Counted from the stretch's first letter, positions 38,582 through 47,390 are shown. The stretch is DNA of 64,000 nucleotides from a virus (IMGVR_UViG_3300025652_000049:12424-76423), one strand, 5' to 3'. Notes: generated from the letters alone by a model not told the origin. Program-made: numbers and translations.

Positions 38582-38954
38582 CTCTCACAAGGGAGCTATA
38601 TTATTTATAGCCATCTGTATATTGGCATTCCTAATTGGCAGTTATATCTTAACTGCTACATTCTTTGGAGTGCTAATATTAGTTGGTTTAATAGTGCTCA
38701 TCGAAAGCATCCCACCTTTACGGTGGTTGATGGCAAAGACCTCAAGAGTCGTAGACATATGCATCTTTGTATTCTCCATTATAGCAATGGCATCTTATGG
38801 CTTAAACATCACCGCTGCGCTTACCGTAGCTGGTGTTGGTTACACATTGATATATGCACCCCATTTAAGGGAGCAGAGTATCATTAATAAAAACAAAACT
38901 AACCGATCCGCAGCGGCCGGTTATAAATCTAAATTTAATCACAATCCAAAATAA
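38559..38954 (+). CDS. Early multi-pass membrane protein
   Basis: About 4 hydrophobic helices. Confidence 0.65.
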   Translation: MLLNQMRNSHKGAILFIAICILAFLIGSYILTATFFGVLILVGLIVLIESIPPLRWLMAKTSRVVDICIFVFSIIAMASYGLNITAALTVAGVGYTLIYAPHLREQSIINKNKTNRSAAAGYKSKFNHNPK

Positions 38955-38962
38955 GTATTATT

Positions 38963-39298
38963 ATGAGAACTAAATTCGTACCAGTTACATTAGTAACATC
39001 TTCGGACCAGCAAGACGCTATAATGTCTTCAACATTTCCAATCTTCAGCTCTAATGAGTTTAAAGAAACAAGATCTTCTGTCTTAGAATTCTTAGACTCA
39101 TGTGTCTATATCACTAGACCTATGAGCATACCTAACCAGTATTCTAAATTTATCAATCGATACTTTCCTGTCTCTGAAGCAGGAGTAGAATCACTGATAA
39201 AGTTTCGTAAGCATAACCGTCAATCGATTAAGCAACGAAACAAAGGCGCTGTTAAAGCGCAAGCTATGTTTGTTCGTGATATAAAACAAACAGCTTAA
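38963..39298 (+). CDS. Early hypothetical protein (basic C-terminus)
   Basis: 111-aa ORF followed by a terminator. Confidence 0.6.
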   Translation: MRTKFVPVTLVTSSDQQDAIMSSTFPIFSSNEFKETRSSVLEFLDSCVYITRPMSIPNQYSKFINRYFPVSEAGVESLIKFRKHNRQSIKQRNKGAVKAQAMFVRDIKQTA

Positions 39299-39306
39299 AA
39301 ACAACA

Positions 39307-39339
39307 AAGCCCAGTTCTACAGAGAGCTGGGCTTGTTTT
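39307..39339 (+). terminator. Rho-independent terminator
   Basis: AAGCCCAGTTCT/AGAGCTGGGCTT stem followed by GTTTT. Confidence 0.75.
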
Positions 39340-39422
39340 CATATATGAAGATAATGTCAATAACCTAAAATATATGAACACTACAAATATATGCTATTTA
39401 TACTTACGAGTTATAACTAGTA

Positions 39423-39827
39423 CTAAAATTCTTTGTGTGTCCATCTACCTAATGGTACATGATATTTACATTCTTTTTTAAGATTATCCATATCAGGCTT
39501 TCCAATGTAATGCATTGCCCAAGGTAGTACTACAAAGTATCTAACCGCATCAATGGTATATTCATTCATAAAGCCAATACCTATTAACTTGTTTTTGTCT
39601 CGGTGAAATGACTGCTTGTGTTTATAATTATAACTCAAGTAGTCGCCGGGCAAGAACATCTTTTCTACCGTATGACCTTGCTTTGGTCTACGGTTCCAGA
39701 CATCCCTCAACAGCTTGTTAGAAGTGGCTGATAGTTGATACATATTATCAATCAATTCATCACTGATAACTCGTGCGTACTTACTACTGTATTCTTTGAG
39801 AAGGGTTCGGACTATTTGTTGTTTCAT
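39423..39827 (-). CDS. Counter-oriented winged-helix DNA-binding protein (RepL-like, tentative)
   Basis: QSFHRDKNKLIGIGFM...RYFVVLPW resembles a wHTH recognition helix plus wing. It has its own TATATTTG box at 39855-39862. Confidence 0.5.
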   Translation of the reverse strand: MKQQIVRTLLKEYSSKYARVISDELIDNMYQLSATSNKLLRDVWNRRPKQGHTVEKMFLPGDYLSYNYKHKQSFHRDKNKLIGIGFMNEYTIDAVRYFVVLPWAMHYIGKPDMDNLKKECKYHVPLGRWTHKEF

Positions 39828-39931
39828 ATTGCTTATTCTAAGTTATTGACACTACAAATATATATAATTCTCGGTAAGCAAGATCTGTTTACCGTACTAC
39901 ATTTATTAATTAATTATTTAATACATTTATT

Positions 39932-40357
39932 ATGAGAAATTTAAGCTTAATGATTGTCGGATTTAAAATAACTAGCTATGTATCATCAACACGTAAAGCT
40001 AATGTTAGCGTGGTCTTCGGAGAAGAAGGAGACTTGAAGCGTAAGCTATTCAAGAACATGACCATTAGTGGTCTATTGCGTTCACGTCTGGATAGACAAA
40101 CGCAAGGATATGAGGTAGGCACTCAATATTTATCTGTAAACAATAGTACAGATTGGAAAGAGAATCCTTTTCAACTAATTCGCTATGGTTCTAAAGAATC
40201 TCCTGAGTACATGCTTGACTGCGTAGATAAACGCAACAGCAGTAAGAAGGTATCTCAAAGCCCTATCGATGGTAGTAATGTTATTACCTATAAGAACAGA
40301 TGGCACAAGCCAGAGTTTTACTTACGTTACAGAGATAATACTAAAGCTACTGTATAA
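39932..40357 (+). CDS. Hypothetical protein
   Basis: 141 aa with an ACATTTATT-ATG start. Confidence 0.65.
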   Translation: MRNLSLMIVGFKITSYVSSTRKANVSVVFGEEGDLKRKLFKNMTISGLLRSRLDRQTQGYEVGTQYLSVNNSTDWKENPFQLIRYGSKESPEYMLDCVDKRNSSKKVSQSPIDGSNVITYKNRWHKPEFYLRYRDNTKATV

Positions 40358-40473
40358 TGAAGCATCTAAATAAGACCGAAAAGGTCTACATAGCCAGCAT
40401 CGTAGTTATATCTACGGTGCTTGTCGCTGTATGCGCATACAAAATCATTATTCATAATCTAAACATACTCTAA
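40357..40473 (+). CDS. 38-aa single-TM protein
   Basis: MKHLNKTEKVYIASIVVISTVLVAVCAYKIII...; TAATG overlaps at both ends. Confidence 0.6.
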   Translation: MKHLNKTEKVYIASIVVISTVLVAVCAYKIIIHNLNIL

Positions 40474-40985
40474 TGGCAAAGCCACTATACCGAATACTAA
40501 GTCCTGATGGTTTTGATATTTATCAAAACAAGCTATATCTTAAGTCTGAGATTAACGATGCTTATCAAAAATGGAGCGATGGCTTCAAACATCAAGGCTA
40601 TTATAGTTTATTAAGAACTAAAATACCACTTGACAAACTCAAAGACTATTGTATAATAAATAAAACAAGAGCCAAGCGTTACAAATCTAAAGAGATTTTG
40701 AAGCTTGATGATTTGTATGAACTACAAGACTCATTCTGTAGTTCTGGTATTACATTCCAATACAGGTTAACTGCCGGTGAACTTAAATGGGCAAGACATA
40801 TTAATGGTAAATACCTTATTGCTGATTTTGTTTTCGAAAATATTGACGAAAACAACATACTTACTTTCTGGGATCCTGAAGAACTTAAACAAGTTATCGA
40901 GGACGATGGCATGCCTCCGAAAGCTGTAATGCTTTCTGATGATACGGCTTTACAGAAATTATTCTTTTGGTTATCGAACAATTAA
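40473..40985 (+). CDS. Hypothetical protein
   Basis: 170-aa ORF. Confidence 0.65.
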   Translation: MAKPLYRILSPDGFDIYQNKLYLKSEINDAYQKWSDGFKHQGYYSLLRTKIPLDKLKDYCIINKTRAKRYKSKEILKLDDLYELQDSFCSSGITFQYRLTAGELKWARHINGKYLIADFVFENIDENNILTFWDPEELKQVIEDDGMPPKAVMLSDDTALQKLFFWLSNN

Positions 40986-40996
40986 ATCTTAAACTT

Positions 40997-41329
40997 ATGG
41001 AAACTCTATCAATTGTTTTGACAATACTTTACATTTTAATGAACCTCATCTATATGATTAAAAGCCACAGGTTTTTAGGTTGTATTTATGGAAAATACAA
41101 TTCACCCATACATATTCTTTCATTTGTTCTTATATTAGCATACTTCTATGTGATTGTGTTTCGAACAGATTGGTATTTGTATAATATCATTAGCATTTTA
41201 ATAGGAGCTCTAATAGGTGCCTGGGCTACATTCTTTGCGAAGCGATTCATAAAACATAACGATCTTGTAGAAAATGCTTATAAGAATTATACTCATATTA
41301 AAAAAGATGATAATGAAATTAACAGCTAG
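40997..41329 (+). CDS. Three-TM membrane protein (start probably METLS)
   Basis: Hydrophobic helices. Confidence 0.6.
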   Translation: METLSIVLTILYILMNLIYMIKSHRFLGCIYGKYNSPIHILSFVLILAYFYVIVFRTDWYLYNIISILIGALIGAWATFFAKRFIKHNDLVENAYKNYTHIKKDDNEINS

Positions 41330-41558
41330 GCAAATAATAACCAGCAAGGTCTTACATATCAACGGAACTAATCGCACATATTCAATGACTCCAGAAGGTC
41401 AAGTTTATAATCGTTTTACCAAAAAGATTCTCAAAGAGCTTGAGCATTCTTCTGGTAGTGGAAACAAATACGTTTCTATTCGAATAGCAAAAGATAAAAC
41501 TAGCTTCAAGGTTTATATTGATAAATGGCGTAATGAATTGTTTCCTAAAAACTCATAA
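41313..41558 (+). CDS. Stand-alone NUMOD4-like domain protein (no HNH)
   Basis: YSMTPEGQVYNRFTKKILK...GNKYVSI matches NUMOD4. The ORF stops before any HNH motif. Confidence 0.6.
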   Translation: MKLTARQIITSKVLHINGTNRTYSMTPEGQVYNRFTKKILKELEHSSGSGNKYVSIRIAKDKTSFKVYIDKWRNELFPKNS

Positions 41559-41559
41559 A

Positions 41560-41676
41560 ATGAAATACATGCATTCTAAAGCCCTAACTATAGGCAAAAG
41601 GATACTAGGGTATCTTTTAACGTCAGGATGGTTTATAATAGCCATCTACTGGATGTCGAGAGCATATATCTGTTAA
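41560..41676 (+). CDS. 38-aa single-TM protein
   Basis: MKYMHSKALTIGKRILGYLLTSGWFIIAIYWMSRAYIC. Confidence 0.45.
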   Translation: MKYMHSKALTIGKRILGYLLTSGWFIIAIYWMSRAYIC

Positions 41677-41687
41677 GATATATTCCT

Positions 41688-41695
41688 TATCTTTG
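41688..41695 (+). promoter_or_regulatory. Bacteroidota -7 box TATCTTTG
   Basis: About 30 nt upstream of ATG 41724. Confidence 0.55.
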
Positions 41696-41723
41696 AATAT
41701 ATTAATATATAAATCTATTCAAA

Positions 41724-42095
41724 ATGAGTGCATCTGCAAGAAAAGATTACGGAGCTGGAGCCGTAATCGACCCTTCACAAGAAACGGTGAAGCGTATTAA
41801 CAACATGAATAACCCATATAGTGTTCAGCAACTAGGGTTAGACAAAAGTGATGATAACGGAGCATCGCCTAAATACATCGCGATTACATCCGAATCATTA
41901 GATGCTTTAACAGCTAACACCAGAGTATTACTTGGTAACCGAGAGGGAGTTGTTAAAAGCGTAAATACACCAGTGGCAACGCTAGTGGATTGTGTTATCA
42001 CTATTCGTGATAAAGAAAAAGTTGATATTGACACAACCTACACAAAGGCTGAACTGTTGGCATCACCAATTATATTCTTTGCGACGAACGCATAG
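41724..42095 (+). CDS. Hypothetical protein in its own transcription unit (possibly structural)
   Basis: Has its own promoter box and terminator; composition resembles a virion protein. Confidence 0.65.
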   Translation: MSASARKDYGAGAVIDPSQETVKRINNMNNPYSVQQLGLDKSDDNGASPKYIAITSESLDALTANTRVLLGNREGVVKSVNTPVATLVDCVITIRDKEKVDIDTTYTKAELLASPIIFFATNA

Positions 42096-42117
42096 AATAC
42101 ATTTTAACTTATGAATT

Positions 42118-42145
42118 AAGCTACCATTCTTTGGTGGCTTTTTTT
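42118..42145 (+). terminator. Rho-independent terminator
   Basis: AAGCTACCA/TGGTGGCTT stem followed by a T-run. Confidence 0.8.
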
Positions 42146-42163
42146 ATGCAATAAATTATAGCA

Positions 42164-42706
42164 ATGAGTCAAACAATTAAAAAGTTAGATCTTCTCAATG
42201 AGAAGACAACAGTAGACAACTACCCTTACGGTAGAAAACAATGCGAAATGACATTCGCAGTTGAGCATAAAACAGGTAAAGGATTTCGTACTTGGAGACA
42301 ATCCAAGAACCCTACAACTGGTAGATTAAACAAACCAAAGCTTAGTACATACTACAGTTTCTTGGCAATGTATATGAATGAAGATAATCACGTAAAATAT
42401 TACGCGAATAATATTCGAGGTATTGATGATGTTAAAAATCTACAGCAATGGCTTAAAGTACACGCTGATCAGATTAATTTAACAGACGAAGAATCACAAA
42501 CCTTATGGTGTACCATTGTAGCATCGTATAAAATTAGCATGGCTTGGTTCGACTGCAAGGAGGGATTTACTATTAAAGATGCACTAGAGGCTTCCCCAAT
42601 CAAAGACCTCATCACTTGCTACGGTTCTCATGCACCTATCCAACAATTAATTGATGTAGAACTAGACCGACCTGAAATGGAGGCTATGCGTAAAACTAAA
42701 TCGTAA
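42164..42706 (+). CDS. Conserved phage hypothetical protein
   Basis: VDNYPYG...GKGFR...NPTTGRLNKPKLSTY motif. Confidence 0.65.
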   Translation: MSQTIKKLDLLNEKTTVDNYPYGRKQCEMTFAVEHKTGKGFRTWRQSKNPTTGRLNKPKLSTYYSFLAMYMNEDNHVKYYANNIRGIDDVKNLQQWLKVHADQINLTDEESQTLWCTIVASYKISMAWFDCKEGFTIKDALEASPIKDLITCYGSHAPIQQLIDVELDRPEMEAMRKTKS

Positions 42707-42707
42707 A

Positions 42708-43214
42708 ATGAAAAACCTCATAATAGTTTTATTGTTTACTTGCATGCAAGTAATGCAATCACAGAATGCTGTTGGTTTTAGCGCAAGCTTAGACAACAAG
42801 CTGACATTCCTAGAAGACAATCATGGCAATATGCCATTTACTCTTGACTTATCTACAAAGATGTCGCTACAAGGGTATCAGAAAAAGCTAGGTTACTTAC
42901 AAATTGCTATTAAATATGAATATGCAGATTTGTCTAGTGGAGACTTCCATAGATATGCAGCAGAAGTAGGATACGTATTTACCAATGGAGCATTAGGATT
43001 AATGCCTTCGGTTGGTTACGGATTTATAGGGCGCGAAAATAGAGGCTCTACTCAATCTTGGGAGTTTGGTATAATGCCATCGTTCTTAATAATCCCTAAC
43101 TTAAAGCTTATTGTTGGATTTGTTTGGACAGAGAGAACAGACCTTCTAGGTCAATACAGATTTAATATTAACACAGGCTTACAATTTGATATAGCCTTAA
43201 AAGACTACAGATAA
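42708..43214 (+). CDS. Outer-membrane beta-barrel protein (about 8 strands)
   Basis: Signal peptide with Gln+1 and alternating amphipathic strands with aromatic girdles (KYEYADL, AEVGYVF, FNINTGLQF). Confidence 0.7.
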   Translation: MKNLIIVLLFTCMQVMQSQNAVGFSASLDNKLTFLEDNHGNMPFTLDLSTKMSLQGYQKKLGYLQIAIKYEYADLSSGDFHRYAAEVGYVFTNGALGLMPSVGYGFIGRENRGSTQSWEFGIMPSFLIIPNLKLIVGFVWTERTDLLGQYRFNINTGLQFDIALKDYR

Positions 43215-43216
43215 CT

Positions 43217-43546
43217 ATGGACAATTTAATATTTATATTAATAGCAATAATATCATTCGCGTTAGGCTTTACAGTAGCCTCAAGAATGATGAGAGAAAGA
43301 ATGGAAGAATCTATTGATGCTTTAGACGATTACTATCTTAAGGAAAACCAGAGCTTGATCAGTAAGCTCCATAAAATGAGATTGAGAAGAAATGAAATAG
43401 TATCATTTGTAGACAGCAGTGAGTTTGCTGACCTGCTCCATAAGTTTCGACATGGAGACAGGGCTAACATTAAACAAAATGCTGACAGATTCAGAGCATT
43501 AAAAATATCATTAATTTCTAAACTAAACGATTATAATGAGAACTGA
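43217..43546 (+). CDS. Membrane-anchored hypothetical protein
   Basis: N-terminal TM helix. Confidence 0.6.
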   Translation: MDNLIFILIAIISFALGFTVASRMMRERMEESIDALDDYYLKENQSLISKLHKMRLRRNEIVSFVDSSEFADLLHKFRHGDRANIKQNADRFRALKISLISKLNDYNEN

Positions 43547-44186
43547 AACGATAGTGATATACGAGTTTCATGAGCTTGACATACCTGTTCAACAAAGTCT
43601 TGTTGATAAAGTTGAGGTATCCACTGAGTTTATATATCAAGACGCAGAAGAAACTGTCAAATCTTTTTGTAAAGCATTTGACGTTAAAACACACATAAAC
43701 AATTGGCTTCAATTTGCTTGTTGGAATCCTTATCTAGATCACGAATATGAACAAGAAGTTTGTGAGCTTACAGGTATGCGATTAAGAACATATCTAATTA
43801 ATAACTATGGACATGTTTTGTACAAAGGTAAATACTATGGTAACCTTTCTAAAACTCATAAAAATGGAACTCCTATACTTGTATGTAAAGCACATCCGGC
43901 TGGAATGAGACATATCAAAAGATATTCAAAAGTTATTTTTGAAAGAGATTGTAGTTTAACTGGAGTTTGTTATGACATTTCTATAATGAAACCAATTTAT
44001 AATTTCATTGACAACCCTAATGAAGTTGATACTATCGATGTATTATTTGACAATTGCTTCACTTCACTTGAAATAGACATTAAAGGTCAAGAAGATTATT
44101 ATCATACAGATGATGCTAAAGCGGAGCAAGTAGAGATTAACGATAACGAATATTTAAAAGATGGAACAATATGGATAAACGAATAG
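43536..44186 (+). CDS. Conserved phage hypothetical protein
   Basis: YEFHEL...CSLTGVCYD...NDNEYLKDG pattern. Confidence 0.65.
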   Translation: MRTETIVIYEFHELDIPVQQSLVDKVEVSTEFIYQDAEETVKSFCKAFDVKTHINNWLQFACWNPYLDHEYEQEVCELTGMRLRTYLINNYGHVLYKGKYYGNLSKTHKNGTPILVCKAHPAGMRHIKRYSKVIFERDCSLTGVCYDISIMKPIYNFIDNPNEVDTIDVLFDNCFTSLEIDIKGQEDYYHTDDAKAEQVEINDNEYLKDGTIWINE

Positions 44187-44842
44187 TAAATTTTCTAGGA
44201 TTTAATTGCATAGTACAAATAGGTGCTTATGGCAATGGTAGAATGGCAATATCATTGGTGTCTAAAAAAGACCATGAACCAGTGGCTACAGCAACAGTAA
44301 ACTTGCCGGCCGAACCTATTATGGGAGGTCATGTTTTCATTAAAGATTATTCTGAAAACAAAGGAATGCTTGATGCATTAGTTAGTGCTGGTATTGTTAT
44401 TTTTGACGAGCATGACCAGCATGCAATTGATACAACAGGACGAAGTGACATGGCTTGGATGGTAAAATATGTACCACCAGGACAAATACCTAAACCACCT
44501 AAAGCAGAATCAATTCCAAGTCCTGAAACCTTTTTAAAGACATTAGGTTTTAAACCATATATAAATGCTTTTCCTGATACACATCAATGGAAAGTTCATG
44601 ATAATTATATGGACAATGAGTTTTGGATTGTACATGATATTGAGATTCTAATGAAAATAGCATATACTGATTCAACTAGAAAGGATCAACAAGCATTTGC
44701 TAATCTTGTTTCTAATATGCCCAACCTAATTGCATGCACAGAAATATTGCATGACATACAATATGTTGGTGCCGAGAAAGAAAACTTAGTGGGCCTAATG
44801 GTTAGAAACTTTCTAATAGAACTGGGTACTATTAAAAAATGA
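44171..44842 (+). CDS. DUF4313-like domain protein with C-terminal extension
   Basis: YGNGRMAISL...ATVNL...FIKDYSENKGMLDAL. Confidence 0.65.
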   Translation: MDKRIVNFLGFNCIVQIGAYGNGRMAISLVSKKDHEPVATATVNLPAEPIMGGHVFIKDYSENKGMLDALVSAGIVIFDEHDQHAIDTTGRSDMAWMVKYVPPGQIPKPPKAESIPSPETFLKTLGFKPYINAFPDTHQWKVHDNYMDNEFWIVHDIEILMKIAYTDSTRKDQQAFANLVSNMPNLIACTEILHDIQYVGAEKENLVGLMVRNFLIELGTIKK

Positions 44843-44855
44843 TAAAATATGAAGA

Positions 44856-47390
44856 ATGACACTTAATTTTACAGATGATACTGTATATAACTATGAACCT
44901 GGGAGCATTGACAACATACGTCGTATGCTCCCTAAGTTATATGAGGAACAAGTTGAAGATGTTCTTAGAGCTGAAAACAGATACCTATCAGGTGGAAAAG
45001 GATATCTGTTCACAAATGGAACAGGTACCGGAAAAACCTATGTAGGTCTTGGTGTAGCTAAGAGATTTTGGGCTCAAAACAAAAGAGATATATTGATTGT
45101 TGTTCCAACAGAACAGAAGTGTATTGACTGGATTTCAGAAGGTAGTGTTTTAAACCTTACGATATCTATGCTCAAAGACACAAACGACGGAGGTAGTTTG
45201 TTTTGCGTAACTACTTATGCAAACTTCTACCAGAACGATGCATTGATTATGAGAAATTTTGATTTAATAATATATGACGAATCTCATTATTTGAATCAGA
45301 ACCAACAAGGCAAAGAGACAAGCTACCTATCTAAACACAAGTTAATATCAAAGCTACCATCTGCTTGCAAGGAGTTAGCAAAGGGTGTTATTTCAGAATA
45401 CCCGCAGTTTAATGATGGTGATGATTATGAAACTTGGAGATGGCAATTAGATGCTTGGAACAAACAGCTTACTCACCATACTGTTAGTCTGGTTGGTAGT
45501 ACTAAGGTTTTGTTTCTATCAGCAACTCCTTTTGCTTATCACAAGTCTATTAAATATGCTGATGGTTGTTTGTTTGATATAAACGAAACCATTAACGAAG
45601 GTTATAAGGATCATCCTTCATACAATGAGCCAGTAGGCTTTGACAATTTCCTTGTACAAAACTTTGGATATCGTATGCGTTACAATAAAGTGACCATACC
45701 CGAAAGTGGTGTAGATGTAAATCTTTTAGAACGACAGTTCTTTGAGAAACATAGAGAAATGGGTGTAATGTCTACAAGAGTTTTAAAGCTTGATGTAGAT
45801 TATTCTAGAGATTTCATAACCGTAGAAAGTGAGATAGGAACTTTCATTAATAGTGGTATGGAACTTTTTCATCATTCAGATTTCAGAGAGAAATATAAAT
45901 ACTTATCTGAAGTTGCAAGTAAAAAATACAATTACTTGTATGTGAATCAACTTTTAGAAGCTGTTAAAGCTCAAGAAGTAATTCCACGAATTCAATCTCA
46001 TTTAAACTTAGGAAGGAAAGTTGTTATATTTCATGGATATAATAACTCCGTAGTATCACACCCATTTCATTTCGATTTAGACAAGCTTCTTACATCTGAC
46101 ACTGAATGGATGTTTTCTTTGATTACCAAAGAGATTGCTCGTTTCAATATGGAATATCCTGAATATGTAAATCTTGACTTATCTAGGTTAGGAAACACCA
46201 GAGAAGTTATCTCTAGTGCATTTTATAATATGAAGCAATACAATGGTACTGTTTCTAAAAAGAAACGGAAAGATTACATAATTGACTTTAATCATGGAGA
46301 AACCTATTCTATTCTAGTACAAACTAGAGCAGGTAGAGAAGGTATATCACTACATGATACTGTTGGTGATAAACAGCGTGTTCTTATCAATCTAGGGCTT
46401 CCAGTCGCTCCTACCGAAGCTATTCAAACCGAAGGTAGAATATACAGAAGTGGAAGCAAGAGCGATGCTATCTATGAATACATAACGCTTCAAACTAATT
46501 TTGAGCGATATGCATTTGCAACCAAGATAGCAGAGAGGTCACGTACTGCCGAAAACCTAGCTATGGGTAACTTAGCTAGGGATTTACATACTGGCTTTAC
46601 CGAGGGTTACTTAAACTCTCACTATGAACCTCCTACCTTAGACCAAGGTAAAGGCGGTAAAGAATCAGATAGGCAGTTGCTAGACATTACAGATTTCGAT
46701 AGAGCAAAAACATATTATTTTGCTAAAGGAAAGAAAACATCTAGTAATAAGTCTAGAGAAGGTACAGATTACTATGCGACTCCTGAGCCATTAGGATATA
46801 AGATGGCAGAGTGGTTAGATATTAAAGCTGACAAACGAGCATTAGAACCTAGTGCTGGTCATGGTGCAATCGCGAGATGGTTTCCTGAACACTGTAACAA
46901 TACATTTATTGAACCTAGTTATGACTTACAATCACAATTAGTTATCAATTCAGGAAAAGCAAGAGTTATTCAAGACAGTTTTGAGAACTTTAATAATCAT
47001 AACAAGTTTGAGTACATAGCAATGAATCCTCCTTTTGGACAAGCTGGTAAAACAGCTATGGAGCATATTGACAAAGCTGTTACTATGCATATGTTTCGAT
47101 ATAGTCAAGAAGGATCTAAGTTGCTTGCTATCGTGCCTCAAGGTAATTCAATGCAAAAGAGATTAGATGCTTTTTATGAAAGCGTTCTCTTTGATGATTT
47201 CATAATGACAGGTGAAATTATATTACCTAGTTGCACATTCTCTAGAGCAGGAACTAATGTACATTGTAAAATAATACGAATAGTACATAAAAATACTCCT
47301 GGTGCAACATACAATCTAAAGTCAAAGGATTTTAGTTACTGTAAAGACATCGGAGAATTCTTCGATGAAATAGAACATTTTAATTTTTAG
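44856..47390 (+). CDS. SF2 (strawberry-notch-like) helicase fused to a C-terminal N6-adenine methyltransferase
   Basis: GTGTGKT, YDESH, SATP, REGISLHD and QTEGRIYR helicase motifs. LEPSAGHG (motif I) and MNPPF (motif IV). Confidence 0.85.
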   Translation: MTLNFTDDTVYNYEPGSIDNIRRMLPKLYEEQVEDVLRAENRYLSGGKGYLFTNGTGTGKTYVGLGVAKRFWAQNKRDILIVVPTEQKCIDWISEGSVLNLTISMLKDTNDGGSLFCVTTYANFYQNDALIMRNFDLIIYDESHYLNQNQQGKETSYLSKHKLISKLPSACKELAKGVISEYPQFNDGDDYETWRWQLDAWNKQLTHHTVSLVGSTKVLFLSATPFAYHKSIKYADGCLFDINETINEGYKDHPSYNEPVGFDNFLVQNFGYRMRYNKVTIPESGVDVNLLERQFFEKHREMGVMSTRVLKLDVDYSRDFITVESEIGTFINSGMELFHHSDFREKYKYLSEVASKKYNYLYVNQLLEAVKAQEVIPRIQSHLNLGRKVVIFHGYNNSVVSHPFHFDLDKLLTSDTEWMFSLITKEIARFNMEYPEYVNLDLSRLGNTREVISSAFYNMKQYNGTVSKKKRKDYIIDFNHGETYSILVQTRAGREGISLHDTVGDKQRVLINLGLPVAPTEAIQTEGRIYRSGSKSDAIYEYITLQTNFERYAFATKIAERSRTAENLAMGNLARDLHTGFTEGYLNSHYEPPTLDQGKGGKESDRQLLDITDFDRAKTYYFAKGKKTSSNKSREGTDYYATPEPLGYKMAEWLDIKADKRALEPSAGHGAIARWFPEHCNNTFIEPSYDLQSQLVINSGKARVIQDSFENFNNHNKFEYIAMNPPFGQAGKTAMEHIDKAVTMHMFRYSQEGSKLLAIVPQGNSMQKRLDAFYESVLFDDFIMTGEIILPSCTFSRAGTNVHCKIIRIVHKNTPGATYNLKSKDFSYCKDIGEFFDEIEHFNF

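Noticed and set aside
40368-40425. Hairpins GACC-GAAAA-GGTC and GCATCGTAG/CTACGGTGC as a second hammerhead
   Set aside because: No CUGAnGA core, and the region is explained by a translationally coupled 38-aa ORF.
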